Shown: positions 1 to 8,990 of the stretch, in pieces
Layout: each line of letters starts with the position of its first letter
Numbering within the stretch: position 1 is the first letter of the stretch
Sequence record: NC_048674.1
Direction: 5' to 3' (one strand)
Length of the DNA stretch: 64,000 nucleotides
Notes under the pieces: model-generated
The model's database searches: none
Told to the model about the DNA's origin: nothing
Seen by the model: the letters and a program-made list of their open reading frames with translations, nothing else
Translations under genes and position numbers: made by a program

Positions 1-1
1 T

Positions 2-865
2 CAATATGTTTGTGTTGAAAACTTCGTTAAAATGATGGCAGACAAGAAAGGCGTTAAGATTGAGGATGTTGAACCTATTAAATGGGTTGATATGCTTGAT
101 AAGTTCGCAAAGAATATGGTCGAGCCATATATCGATGAATGTTATCGCGAACTGAAAGATTACATGAACTATTTCGACCATAAATTGTTCATGGACCGTG
201 AAGTAATCGCAACTCGTGGGTTTTGGACCGCTAAGAAACGATATGCTCTATCTGTGTGGGATAACGAAGGTAAGAGAAAGCTAGACTCTCATGGTAATGT
301 AGTTCCAAAGCTCAAGATTATGGGTATCGAGACACGCCGTAGCAGTACACCACCTTTTGCGTCAGAATGCCTTGAAAAAGCGATTGACATCATTTTGACT
401 GAGAATGAAACAAATCTCCATGCTCACGTTGACAAGGTAAAGGGTGAATATCCAAAACAGGATTATCGTAAGATTGCACAAGTAAGTAGCGCAAATAATA
501 TTGAAAAGAACTCAGACGAATTTTTCAATCATAAATCTGGTTGTCCCGGTCACGTTAAAGCAGCTATTAACTACAACAAGATTTGTGATCAGTTGAAATC
601 AGTATCCTACGTTGACCCAATCCGTTCCGGTGAAAAAATTCAGTATGCGATGTTGAAGGTCCCGAATAAATATCATATCGAAACTATTGCTTGGCCTTCC
701 GGTGATAAGATCCCAGACGAATTCGGAATTAATCCGGAAAAAGATATTGATTTCGTTGGTATGTATTGTAAACACTTCCAAAAGCCGCTTGGTAATATCT
801 GCGATGCTATTGGGTGGAAACAAGAAAGCCCCGCGAATTTTTCTCTGGATGACTTGTTTGGTTGA
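2..865 (+). CDS. 43: Family B DNA polymerase (T4 gp43-like), C-terminal part; truncated by window edge
   Basis: Frame is open from base 2 (QYVCVENFVK, following the DTDS motif position). Contains KKRYAL, LKIMGIETRRSSTP and the C-terminal clamp-binding-type tail SLDDLFG. Confidence 0.97.
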   Translation, partial: QYVCVENFVKMMADKKGVKIEDVEPIKWVDMLDKFAKNMVEPYIDECYRELKDYMNYFDHKLFMDREVIATRGFWTAKKRYALSVWDNEGKRKLDSHGNVVPKLKIMGIETRRSSTPPFASECLEKAIDIILTENETNLHAHVDKVKGEYPKQDYRKIAQVSSANNIEKNSDEFFNHKSGCPGHVKAAINYNKICDQLKSVSYVDPIRSGEKIQYAMLKVPNKYHIETIAWPSGDKIPDEFGINPEKDIDFVGMYCKHFQKPLGNICDAIGWKQESPANFSLDDLFG

Positions 866-956
866 TTTGGAAAATTAAAGGCTATTATATCATGTGGTAT
901 AATAGCCTTATCAAAACGCAATAAAACATATATCAAAAATTATAGGAATATTTAAA

Positions 957-2066
957 ATGGCTAAAAAAGCAAAAACGGTTAATACTGGTGCCCTTCTGGA
1001 ACGTCTGTCTGGTACTTCCTCAAATAAAATGAGTTCTATGCTATCCGATAGCGTTTTCTTTAACGACAAGGATGTAATTCGGACTCGGGTCCCGATCATT
1101 AACCTGATGTTGAGTGGTCATCTTGATGGTGGTTTGAAGCCGGGTCTAACTTGTATTGCCGGACCGTCTAAACACTTTAAATCTAACCTGAGTTTGGTTC
1201 TGGTTTCTGCTTATCTTCGTAAGTATCCGGATGCAGTTTGTCTGTTCTTTGATAATGAATTCGGTTCTACTCCTGATTATTTTACTTCTCAAGGTGTAGA
1301 TATTGACCGGGTTGTACATTGTCCGTTTATTGACGTAGAAGAACTTAAATTCGATATCGTTAAGAAACTGGAAGCTGTCAAACGTGGTGATAAGGTTATT
1401 ATCTATATTGACTCTATCGGTAACGTTGCTTCTAAGAAAGAACTTGAAGATGCGAAGAATGAAAAGTCTGCACAGGATATGACCCGAGCAAAGCAGATCA
1501 AGAGTCTGTTCCGTATGGTTACCCCTTACCTGACTGTTAATGACATTCCGTGTATTGCTGTAAACCACACATACGAAACCCAAGAGATGTACAGCAAAAC
1601 TGTTATGAGTGGCGGCACCGGACCGATGTATTCCGCTGACACCGTTATCATTCTTGGTAAGCAACAGGACAAAGATGGCAAAGAGCTGTTGGGTTATAAC
1701 TTTGTGATGAATGCGGAAAAGAGTCGCACTATCAAAGAAAAATCCAAATTGGACTTGCAAGTTTCCTTCCAAGGTGGTATTAATACATACTCAGGTTTGC
1801 TAAAGATTGCACAAGAACTTGGTTTTGTTACCAAACCACAAAACGCACGTTATCAGCGCAATTATCTCGACCTCGAAACTGGTGAGATGTATCTGATCAC
1901 TGACGATGAAAAGAAATGGACAGAAGAGGATTCCAACTCTCTGGAATTCTGGAAACCTATGTTTTCTCACAAGCCTTTTATGGATGCTGTGTCTGATGCA
2001 TACAAACTGAAAGCAGTTGAAGTATCTCAGGAAGTGTTTGATGAAGTTGACCAGTTGTTCGGTTAA
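957..2066 (+). CDS. uvsX: RecA-like recombinase UvsX
   Basis: Walker A IAGPSKHFKS, DSIG, AVNHTY, MSGGTGPMYSAD; canonical position after gp43. Confidence 0.97.
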   Translation: MAKKAKTVNTGALLERLSGTSSNKMSSMLSDSVFFNDKDVIRTRVPIINLMLSGHLDGGLKPGLTCIAGPSKHFKSNLSLVLVSAYLRKYPDAVCLFFDNEFGSTPDYFTSQGVDIDRVVHCPFIDVEELKFDIVKKLEAVKRGDKVIIYIDSIGNVASKKELEDAKNEKSAQDMTRAKQIKSLFRMVTPYLTVNDIPCIAVNHTYETQEMYSKTVMSGGTGPMYSADTVIILGKQQDKDGKELLGYNFVMNAEKSRTIKEKSKLDLQVSFQGGINTYSGLLKIAQELGFVTKPQNARYQRNYLDLETGEMYLITDDEKKWTEEDSNSLEFWKPMFSHKPFMDAVSDAYKLKAVEVSQEVFDEVDQLFG

Positions 2067-2072
2067 TATTAT

Positions 2073-2093
2073 TGGGGCGAAAGCCCCACTTTA
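2073..2093 (+). terminator. Intrinsic terminator after uvsX
   Basis: TGGGGC-GAAA-GCCCCA hairpin followed by a short T run. Confidence 0.7.
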
Positions 2094-2107
2094 AAAAGGA
2101 TATATAA

Positions 2108-2440
2108 ATGTTAATTGTAACAGAAAAAACTACCGCCGACGAAGTTAGAAAAGAAATAAAATATACAAACCACGATTTCGACGTTGAGTCTAGTCATGTT
2201 TTGCGGTCTATAATCAATGAGCTTGTTGTTTGTGGTGGTGGAATAACACTAAACATGGATGATTACGTAAATATCATCCACAACCACGAAACGAATTTTA
2301 ATCCTTACCTATGTAATCACACTGTATCATATGTATATTCAAAAATAGTCGAGATATCTAATAATCGATTGCGATCTTTAGGATATACTGTTATTGAAAA
2401 TTTCGAGGGAAATTATACAATTAGTTCATATGAGAATTAA
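2108..2440 (+). CDS. Hypothetical protein
   Basis: 110-aa AT-rich ORF with AAGGA SD; no recognised motif. Confidence 0.6.
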   Translation: MLIVTEKTTADEVRKEIKYTNHDFDVESSHVLRSIINELVVCGGGITLNMDDYVNIIHNHETNFNPYLCNHTVSYVYSKIVEISNNRLRSLGYTVIENFEGNYTISSYEN

Positions 2441-2443
2441 TGA

Positions 2444-2875
2444 ATGAATTTAACAAAAGAAATAGTAGAATTGTTTATTAATCTTCGTAACGACTATGGT
2501 TTTTATTTGACTCACATCGGAGTTCAGGATACCCCAGTTTCGGCTGCTGTTCATGATTGTTATTTTCATTCCCAAGGGAGAAAAACCATTGTTATGGAAC
2601 CAATGAATGGAACTATATTCAATGAGATAAAATATCAATTAAAAGAATTGGGTAATATTTTTGGTGATGAATTCGTTTTGGCCTCAAATTCAAAATACAT
2701 AAAACTTGAAAACGAATCGTATTTCGTCTTAGTAAGAGATCCATTAGGACTAAAAGGGTTCTCCTATAGTCATCTTTTGGTATTAGATGGTTTCCAAAAT
2801 AAAAAGTATTTTGATGAAATAGTTTATCCTGTTGCAGCCTCTTGTAATGCCAAGGTTAGTATCATCCCTAAATAA
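2444..2875 (+). CDS. Hypothetical protein resembling a fragment of a terminase-type ATPase domain
   Basis: IKLENES...LKGFSYSHLLVLDG...VYPVAASCNAKVSII resembles terminase ATPase ENGS...IRG.s...lilDE...yP.iss...kiii. No Walker A is present. Confidence 0.35.
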   Translation: MNLTKEIVELFINLRNDYGFYLTHIGVQDTPVSAAVHDCYFHSQGRKTIVMEPMNGTIFNEIKYQLKELGNIFGDEFVLASNSKYIKLENESYFVLVRDPLGLKGFSYSHLLVLDGFQNKKYFDEIVYPVAASCNAKVSIIPK

Positions 2876-2916
2876 CAATGACCTAGGAAACTAGGTCTAT
2901 TTCTTACAGGTAATAT

Positions 2917-3207
2917 ATGGAAGAAATAAACGAAGATACCTATAAAGATGTAATCAATGACGCATTAAAGAATGTACAAACCGAATTGGTTATCCGGATT
3001 GATAGTGAGAATTTTCTTGTGTTTATCAACGATATACAGTATCATGATGGAAAGGTTGTATTAGATTGGAGTACTCCACATGAAGACATGAAGGAAGAAC
3101 TATATCCACATGTTAAAAATGCAGTACAAGCCATGTATAACCAAACCAATGTTGAGATTGAAAAATCTTTCTTTGGGCGTTTTCTTGATCTTTTCAAAAG
3201 GAAATAA
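2917..3207 (+). CDS. 40: Head vertex assembly chaperone gp40
   Basis: Size, position between uvsX and gp41, and motif DWSTP...ELYPHV..AVQA typical of gp40. Confidence 0.8.
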   Translation: MEEINEDTYKDVINDALKNVQTELVIRIDSENFLVFINDIQYHDGKVVLDWSTPHEDMKEELYPHVKNAVQAMYNQTNVEIEKSFFGRFLDLFKRK

Positions 3208-3208
3208 A

Positions 3209-3724
3209 ATGACAGAACAAACCTGCGACCGTAATGATTGTTATGATGTAACTGGATTTCCAGAGGATACCCTTGTTACCTTTTGTGCCCCCGACATTTA
3301 CGGGGACATGAGGGAACAAACATGGACTCTATATCAACTCCTAGAGATTCAACAGGGTAACCGGATCCTTCTAAAGGGACCGGAAACCGGTAAATACGCA
3401 ACGATCTTACGTATGGTCGATACGGAGTTCACAGAACCGGTCAACCCCAACGTATGGGAAATCCATATGTCTAACGGGAAATCTTGGTTGTGTGCAGAGA
3501 ACCATCAAGTTCTGAGTCTATATGACCGCAAGAGCCCCTATCAGGCGCTATATGCAGCTCAATATTGTACTCCTGATGGTGGTGTTGTGAACCGGGTAAA
3601 AAGGGTTCGTCAATACAAATATAAGGCTAGGTTCTGGATGCATATCATCACTGAGGACGATGTACCGTTCGTGCTGAATGATACCGGTATTCTTCATTTT
3701 TCCTCACAGAAAAAGGTTGTATAA
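3209..3724 (+). CDS. Stand-alone Hint (intein-like) fold protein, probably catalytically degenerate
   Basis: Block A-like GFPEDTLV, block B-like CAENHQVL, block F/G-like MHIITEDDVPFVLNDTGILHF. ATG 3209 is coupled to the gp40 stop. Confidence 0.55.
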   Translation: MTEQTCDRNDCYDVTGFPEDTLVTFCAPDIYGDMREQTWTLYQLLEIQQGNRILLKGPETGKYATILRMVDTEFTEPVNPNVWEIHMSNGKSWLCAENHQVLSLYDRKSPYQALYAAQYCTPDGGVVNRVKRVRQYKYKARFWMHIITEDDVPFVLNDTGILHFSSQKKVV

Positions 3725-3727
3725 ATA
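3720..3727 (+). promoter_or_regulatory. T4-type late promoter consensus TATAAATA
   Basis: Exact TATAAATA upstream of gp41. Confidence 0.5.
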
Positions 3728-3731
3728 ATTA

Positions 3732-3777
3732 AAAAGTCGCTTACGTTATGGGATAATCTTTAACGTAAGCGACTTTT
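3732..3777. repeat. 17-bp perfect inverted repeat (terminator-like) with TGG-GATAAT in the loop
   Basis: AAAAGTCGCTTACGTTA-N12-TAACGTAAGCGACTTTT, followed by a T-rich run. Confidence 0.8.
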
Positions 3778-3796
3778 CTTTTTACAGGTGTTTTTA

Positions 3797-5359
3797 ATGA
3801 GTATTTCACAAATTATTATCAATAACCTCGTTTTCAACGGCGAGTATTTTGGTAAGGTGTACCCTTTTCTTAAATCCGAATATTTCTCTAAGGGACCTTA
3901 TCGTATTGCATTTGACTTGATTGATACATATGCAAAAAAGCATAACAAAGCTCCATCGGTTGCGGCTCTGGATGTTATGCTGGAACGCAAACAGAATATG
4001 AGTCAAGTAGAGTATGACCAGACTAAAGTTTTGGTATCTCGAATTGAACAAATCCCAGAAGATAAAAACTGGTTGATTGAAGAGACAGAATCTTTCTGTA
4101 AAGAACGTGCTATCGATATTGCATTATCTGAGTGTATCCAGATCCGTGAAAACTTCGCCAAACCACTGGATGAGCAAGACCCGAAAATAAAAGATATCGG
4201 GGCAATGCAAGAGATCATGAAAAAGGCTATGTCTGTTGGCTTTACTTTTGACGTTGGTCATGATTATATGAACAGCGCAGAAGAACGTTGGGAAGCATAT
4301 AACCAAAAGACAAATAAGATCCCGTTCCTGAATCATATGCTGAACCGGATCACCAAGGGTGGGGTTGAACGTGGTACGCTTAACGTTATTCTAGCCGGTA
4401 CTGGTGTTGGTAAGTCTATCGGTCTGTGTCACCTTGCAACCGAGTATATGCAACTCGGGTTAAACGTGTTGTACGTCTCGTTTGAGATGTCGGAAGAAAC
4501 TGTAGGTAAGCGTATTGACGCAAACCTAATGGACCTGACTCTGGACGAGCTAGATAGTGGACTTATCCAAAAATCTGAGTTCATGAACCGGTTCAACAAA
4601 AAGGTTGCAGGTAAAAAGCTTGGTAAGCTTTATGTTAAGCAGTTCCCAACATCAGGGGCAAACGTAAACCACATCAGAAACCTGATGGATGAGCTTGAAA
4701 TGAAAAAGGGTTTCAAGCCAGATGTTATCATGGTAGACTACCTAGGTATCATGGCTTCGTCCCGTATGAAGTTCTCTGATAACTCTTACTCTTTCATCAA
4801 GGCAATTTCAGAAGAAGTTCGTGGACTTGCTATCGAGAAGAAAATTGTTGCTTGGTCTGGTGCACAAACCAACCGTGGGTCTTCTGGTTCCCTTGAGATT
4901 GACAAAGCTGATATTGCGGATTCTTATGCACTTCTTCATGGTTGCGACTTCGTATTGGCAATTTCAGAAGATGAGGATCTGGTGCAGATGGGACAACAGT
5001 TGTTCAAGCAACTTAAATCTCGTTATGGTGATATCAACACCCATAATAAATTCTGTATGGTTGTAGAAAAAGCTAAAATGCGTTGGTCGGATCTCGACGA
5101 CACAACACCATATACTGTTGTATTCGAAAGAAAGGATCTGGAAGAACGTTCTGATATTCAAGACGATGCAGTTATTGTTCGTCGTGGTGATGAAATTACT
5201 TCTGTTCCGGTTGAAGTTACTCCGGAAGTTGTTGATGAAATTGATACTACTCCGATGGGTAGTTCTATGTTCAAACGCCGTATGAGCAAAACCGAAGTTG
5301 ATTTTAACGACCTTCTGGCAGAACAAACACAAGAAGACGATGTACCTTGGGATAACTAA
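3797..5359 (+). CDS. 41: Replicative helicase gp41 (DnaB-like)
   Basis: Walker A LAGTGVGKS, VSFEMSE, VDYLGI, AQTNR, QLKSRYGD. ATG 3797 follows an AGGTG SD. Confidence 0.97.
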   Translation: MSISQIIINNLVFNGEYFGKVYPFLKSEYFSKGPYRIAFDLIDTYAKKHNKAPSVAALDVMLERKQNMSQVEYDQTKVLVSRIEQIPEDKNWLIEETESFCKERAIDIALSECIQIRENFAKPLDEQDPKIKDIGAMQEIMKKAMSVGFTFDVGHDYMNSAEERWEAYNQKTNKIPFLNHMLNRITKGGVERGTLNVILAGTGVGKSIGLCHLATEYMQLGLNVLYVSFEMSEETVGKRIDANLMDLTLDELDSGLIQKSEFMNRFNKKVAGKKLGKLYVKQFPTSGANVNHIRNLMDELEMKKGFKPDVIMVDYLGIMASSRMKFSDNSYSFIKAISEEVRGLAIEKKIVAWSGAQTNRGSSGSLEIDKADIADSYALLHGCDFVLAISEDEDLVQMGQQLFKQLKSRYGDINTHNKFCMVVEKAKMRWSDLDDTTPYTVVFERKDLEERSDIQDDAVIVRRGDEITSVPVEVTPEVVDEIDTTPMGSSMFKRRMSKTEVDFNDLLAEQTQEDDVPWDN

Positions 5360-5386
5360 ATAAAAGGATACCAAGGAGGATTTAAC

Positions 5387-5836
5387 GTGAGTATTAAAAC
5401 TATTATGGACGGGATTTATTCCGTCCGTATGCTAGACCTATTAAGAAAACCATTTCGTAATTGGGAAGCATACAAGCGCGGTATTATCGACGAAGCCGGT
5501 GAGTTTATTAAGAAGCCGGAAACCGTGAGAGAAAAAGCGGCGTATACATCATTTCACGCAGCAATTAGATCACTGAAAATAAACCTTCAAAAGTATGGGG
5601 GTGAGTCGGTATCTAAATCGTTGGCGGTGAAGGCTGGATATGACACTTTAACAGAATCATATGGTCAATCAGAATACACGATTGAAATGTTGTATGAAGA
5701 GATGATCGCTGGTGATTCCGGGGGTAATGTGACAAACATCGCAACCGGGGTAAAATCTGGTTCTGTTACAGATAAAGGTCCGACTGTCATGGGGAAGAAA
5801 AAAGATCGTCGTAAAATTGAAGTAAAAGCCCCGTAA
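5387..5836 (+). CDS. 61.1: T4 gp61.1-like conserved protein
   Basis: LLRKPF..WEAY..GIIDE.G...K.P.T..EKAAYT.FHA matches recalled gp61.1; lies between 41 and 61. Confidence 0.85.
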   Translation: MSIKTIMDGIYSVRMLDLLRKPFRNWEAYKRGIIDEAGEFIKKPETVREKAAYTSFHAAIRSLKINLQKYGGESVSKSLAVKAGYDTLTESYGQSEYTIEMLYEEMIAGDSGGNVTNIATGVKSGSVTDKGPTVMGKKKDRRKIEVKAP

Positions 5837-5848
5837 TTGGGGCTTTAT
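5825..5848 (+). terminator. Intrinsic terminator
   Basis: AAAGCCCC-GTAATT-GGGGCTTT. Confidence 0.7.
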
Positions 5849-5893
5849 TGTTTCTGGTGAGTGTGATATCATAGGTTGAAAGAGGATTTTTAT

Positions 5894-6949
5894 ATGAACA
5901 TAATTTATATCGAACGACAGTTTGCAACTAGACTTAGTTACCGGATGGAATTGTGCACAGATCATTCCCGTGGTGTTGAGGTAAAGTATAATTTCCGTTG
6001 TCCTATATGTGGTGATAGTAAAACTGACTACAGTAAAACCCGTGGGTGGTTATACGAATCAGAGGGTCATGTTCGGTTTGGTTGCTTTAACTGCAACGTT
6101 AATATGAAGCTATCCAACTACCTTTATGATAATGAACCTGAAATGTATAGAGAATTTGCAAAGGAAAAATTTGCAAACAAAGACGATAGTGAATGGTTCG
6201 AAACTAAAAAAACTGTAGAAAAACCAGTTGAACTAATCACAAAGAGTGTGATACCATATTCAACTTGTATAGAGGATCTCCCAGAGAATCATCCCGCCGT
6301 GAAATGGGTTGCGGCTCGTAAAATCCCAAAACATCAATACAAACTGTTCTTCTTTACTGCGGATTGGAAGAAGGTTGCTAATAGTGTTAAGCCAGAAACC
6401 TATCTGTATGATGATAAGAAAGAATATCGATTGGTTATCCCGATCTATAACAAAGATGGAACATATTCATCTTTGCAGGGTCGAGCATTAGATCCAAACG
6501 TTGATAAAAGTAGACGATATTTGACTATCAAGGCTGATGACAAAGCGTCTAAAGTATATGGTATGGAACGTGTGGATCCATCAAAGACAGTTTGGATGTT
6601 GGAAGGACCAATAGACAGCGTGTTTATACCTAATGCATGTGCTATCGTCGGTGGTGTTATGGCTCTTGAAGATGCACCATTCCCTGATAAACGGGTATGG
6701 GTACTTGATAAAGAGGGTCGATCCTTCGACACACTAAAACGGATCGAAAATCTGATCAAAGCCGGTGAAAAGGTTGTCATCTGGGATGAATGTCCGTGGT
6801 CTTCCAAGGATATCAACGATTTCATAAAAAATGATGGCGCTACCATTGATGAAGTGGTACAATATCTGAAAGACCACACATATAGTGGTTTGAGAGCTGA
6901 ACTTGCACTTAGCAAGTGGCGTAAATTTGGACATAAGAGGATTTCGTGA
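5894..6949 (+). CDS. 61: DNA primase gp61
   Basis: Zn finger RCPICGDS...CFNC, QGRAL, TOPRIM EGPIDS, KDIND. Confidence 0.96.
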   Translation: MNIIYIERQFATRLSYRMELCTDHSRGVEVKYNFRCPICGDSKTDYSKTRGWLYESEGHVRFGCFNCNVNMKLSNYLYDNEPEMYREFAKEKFANKDDSEWFETKKTVEKPVELITKSVIPYSTCIEDLPENHPAVKWVAARKIPKHQYKLFFFTADWKKVANSVKPETYLYDDKKEYRLVIPIYNKDGTYSSLQGRALDPNVDKSRRYLTIKADDKASKVYGMERVDPSKTVWMLEGPIDSVFIPNACAIVGGVMALEDAPFPDKRVWVLDKEGRSFDTLKRIENLIKAGEKVVIWDECPWSSKDINDFIKNDGATIDEVVQYLKDHTYSGLRAELALSKWRKFGHKRIS

Positions 6950-7311
6950 TGTATACTGAAAATGAACAAGATTATAAAATGACCATTTCTGAGGTTCTTT
7001 ACAACGTTTCTGTTGGAATTTTTCCTGAGTGGTGGTGTTTTGAAATTGGTCTCTGTAACCAATCGTGGCATTACTGTATTGACTTTGAGAAAATCACAAA
7101 TGAATATGCCACAGAAGATGGTATGTGTGATGTTTTCTCGTTGTTTTGGGTAGAGTGGGATCATTTTTCCGGTGATAGTAGCTATCCTGTAAAATCCCCT
7201 TATGGTGATAACGCCTATGGGATGTACAATGAAGCAGATAGTCACTATGATCTTGCTTATGGTGAGAGTCGGAAACAGCTTGCAGAATTTTTATCTAAAA
7301 AATTGAAATAA
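6946..7311 (+). CDS. Hypothetical protein (paralog of 36233..36607)
   Basis: W..FSGDSSYPV and YGESRKQLAEFL motifs shared with the 36233 ORF. Confidence 0.6.
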   Translation: MMYTENEQDYKMTISEVLYNVSVGIFPEWWCFEIGLCNQSWHYCIDFEKITNEYATEDGMCDVFSLFWVEWDHFSGDSSYPVKSPYGDNAYGMYNEADSHYDLAYGESRKQLAEFLSKKLK

Positions 7312-7323
7312 GAGAGAACAAAA

Positions 7324-7815
7324 ATGGAAATGAATTTTATTAGTGGTTTTGAATATGGGGTTTGTCCTGATTTTCAACGAGAAGGGGACGCAGCTATTGA
7401 CCTTCGTACCCCGGAAGCTATTATGTTGAAACCGGGTGAAGATATCATCGTTAACACTGGTATGCGGTTTGATATGAGTCAGATCGATACTGGTATTCCG
7501 GGTGTTGGTATTGCTGCAATGGTTCTCCCCCGTTCGGGTCTCGGGTTCAAATTCTATACCCGGTTGGCTAACACTGTTGGTCTTATCGATGGAAACTATC
7601 AGGGTGAGATCATGGTGAAGGTCCGGAATGAACATATTGTTAACGAAGACGACCCGATGAGCTTCAACAAGGTTTTGCATATTCCGAAGGGTGAGCGTTT
7701 CTGTCAGATGGTGTTTATCCCTGTATTCAACCAGATCAAGTTTAACCAAGTTGATGATTTCGATACACAAACTGTTCGTGGTTCTGCTGGGATTGGTTCT
7801 TCTGGGACAAAATAA
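7324..7815 (+). CDS. dut: Trimeric dUTPase
   Basis: Motifs AAIDL, PRSGLG, VGLIDGNYQGEI, QMV, RGSAGIGSSG. Confidence 0.96.
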   Translation: MEMNFISGFEYGVCPDFQREGDAAIDLRTPEAIMLKPGEDIIVNTGMRFDMSQIDTGIPGVGIAAMVLPRSGLGFKFYTRLANTVGLIDGNYQGEIMVKVRNEHIVNEDDPMSFNKVLHIPKGERFCQMVFIPVFNQIKFNQVDDFDTQTVRGSAGIGSSGTK

Positions 7816-8468
7816 TGGTTACCGATTATATTACTGACTTTGAGACTTTGAATACGGTAGAAAAAGCTACCTTAGTTGAATTTTCTGTGATACCATTCAA
7901 AATGGATATTGAAAATCCACCTACATTTCAAAGTCTGGTTGAATCCGGAAAGAAAATTAAATTCGATCTGAAACATCAAAAGGCTCTAGGACGTCGCGTG
8001 AGTGCGTCCACCGTGGAGTGGTGGAAATCTCAGGGAGAAGCAGCAAAATCTCTCTTGAAGCCATCCAGTGATGATAAGACCCTATATGATGGATATATGG
8101 ACATCAAAGATTGGTTTGTGGAAACCGGGGTCGAGTTTAAGAAGTCCCATATCTGGACTCGTGGGGAAATGGATATCATTTGGTTCCGTAGCTGGTATTG
8201 TGATGCTATGGATCTAGCAGACGACGATATTTCTGCTGCTATGCCTGTGATGTTCAACAACTTCCGTGAAGTGAGAACCGCAATTGAAGCAAACATGGAT
8301 CGCGATGTTACGTATTGCCCCCTTCCTAACGGGAGTCTTCCGGGTTTCGTAAAACATAACTCACTTCATGATTGCGCTCGTGACATTCTTATGTTAATCT
8401 ATTCAAAACGATATGCGTATGGTCTGGAAGATATTCCGACTGACGTAGACCCTAACTCAATGAGGTAA
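7815..8468 (+). CDS. dexA: Exonuclease A (DexA, DEDD family)
   Basis: DYITDFETL, HNSLHDCARDILM; T4-like position upstream of gene 39. Confidence 0.88.
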   Translation: MVTDYITDFETLNTVEKATLVEFSVIPFKMDIENPPTFQSLVESGKKIKFDLKHQKALGRRVSASTVEWWKSQGEAAKSLLKPSSDDKTLYDGYMDIKDWFVETGVEFKKSHIWTRGEMDIIWFRSWYCDAMDLADDDISAAMPVMFNNFREVRTAIEANMDRDVTYCPLPNGSLPGFVKHNSLHDCARDILMLIYSKRYAYGLEDIPTDVDPNSMR

Positions 8469-8473
8469 TTGAA

Positions 8474-8665
8474 ATGGCTATTAAATATCTGTCTATCGAA
8501 GAATTTGAATCCATCGTTAACCAAGAGGGTGTTGTAATGCGCTCGTCTTACGACCCGGAAGGGTATACCCAAGCGTATTATCTGGATGGTGAGCTGGTTG
8601 CGCAGATGGATTGCACCGATAACGTGACCGTTCGATTTGTCGAGGTGGATGATGGGAGCGAGTGA
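8474..8665 (+). CDS. Small acidic hypothetical protein
   Basis: ORF with SD between dexA and the topoisomerase. Confidence 0.5.
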   Translation: MAIKYLSIEEFESIVNQEGVVMRSSYDPEGYTQAYYLDGELVAQMDCTDNVTVRFVEVDDGSE

Positions 8666-8957
8666 TCTAAACCCATTTAACTACCCATGGGTTGATGTCA
8701 ATGTTGATTATCAAACAAGAATTAAACCGGGTGGTTTCTTAAACCCTTCTCAAGAAGAATATATTACGTTTGAGCGATTCATAGATCTAACTTCTGTGGA
8801 CGATATGGTTTCTGTAGTTCCGGACCTTTTTCATCCGTCAATGGAGCGCCATAGACACTACCTTAAGATCGGTTCAAATCGTATTCATTACATGGCTACG
8901 AAAATAAAATTCACAACCAGTAAAGATACGTTGTATTCTATAGAAAAAGGTTTGTAA
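8637..8957 (+). CDS. Hypothetical protein (start uncertain)
   Basis: ORF ends at a hairpin terminator (8956-8975). Confidence 0.5.
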   Translation: MSRWMMGASDLNPFNYPWVDVNVDYQTRIKPGGFLNPSQEEYITFERFIDLTSVDDMVSVVPDLFHPSMERHRHYLKIGSNRIHYMATKIKFTTSKDTLYSIEKGL

Positions 8958-8990
8958 GGGGATGAATCCCCTTTTATCATTGAGGTATAA

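Noticed and set aside
32-865. Split polymerase subunit (gp43B) starting at ATG 32
   Set aside because: The frame is open upstream to the window edge and continues the DTDS-motif region, so this is truncation by the window. A split further upstream cannot be assessed.
3110-3208. Longer N-terminus for the Hint-like ORF
   Set aside because: It overlaps gp40 by ~100 bp; ATG 3209 has an AAGGA SD and couples to the gp40 stop.
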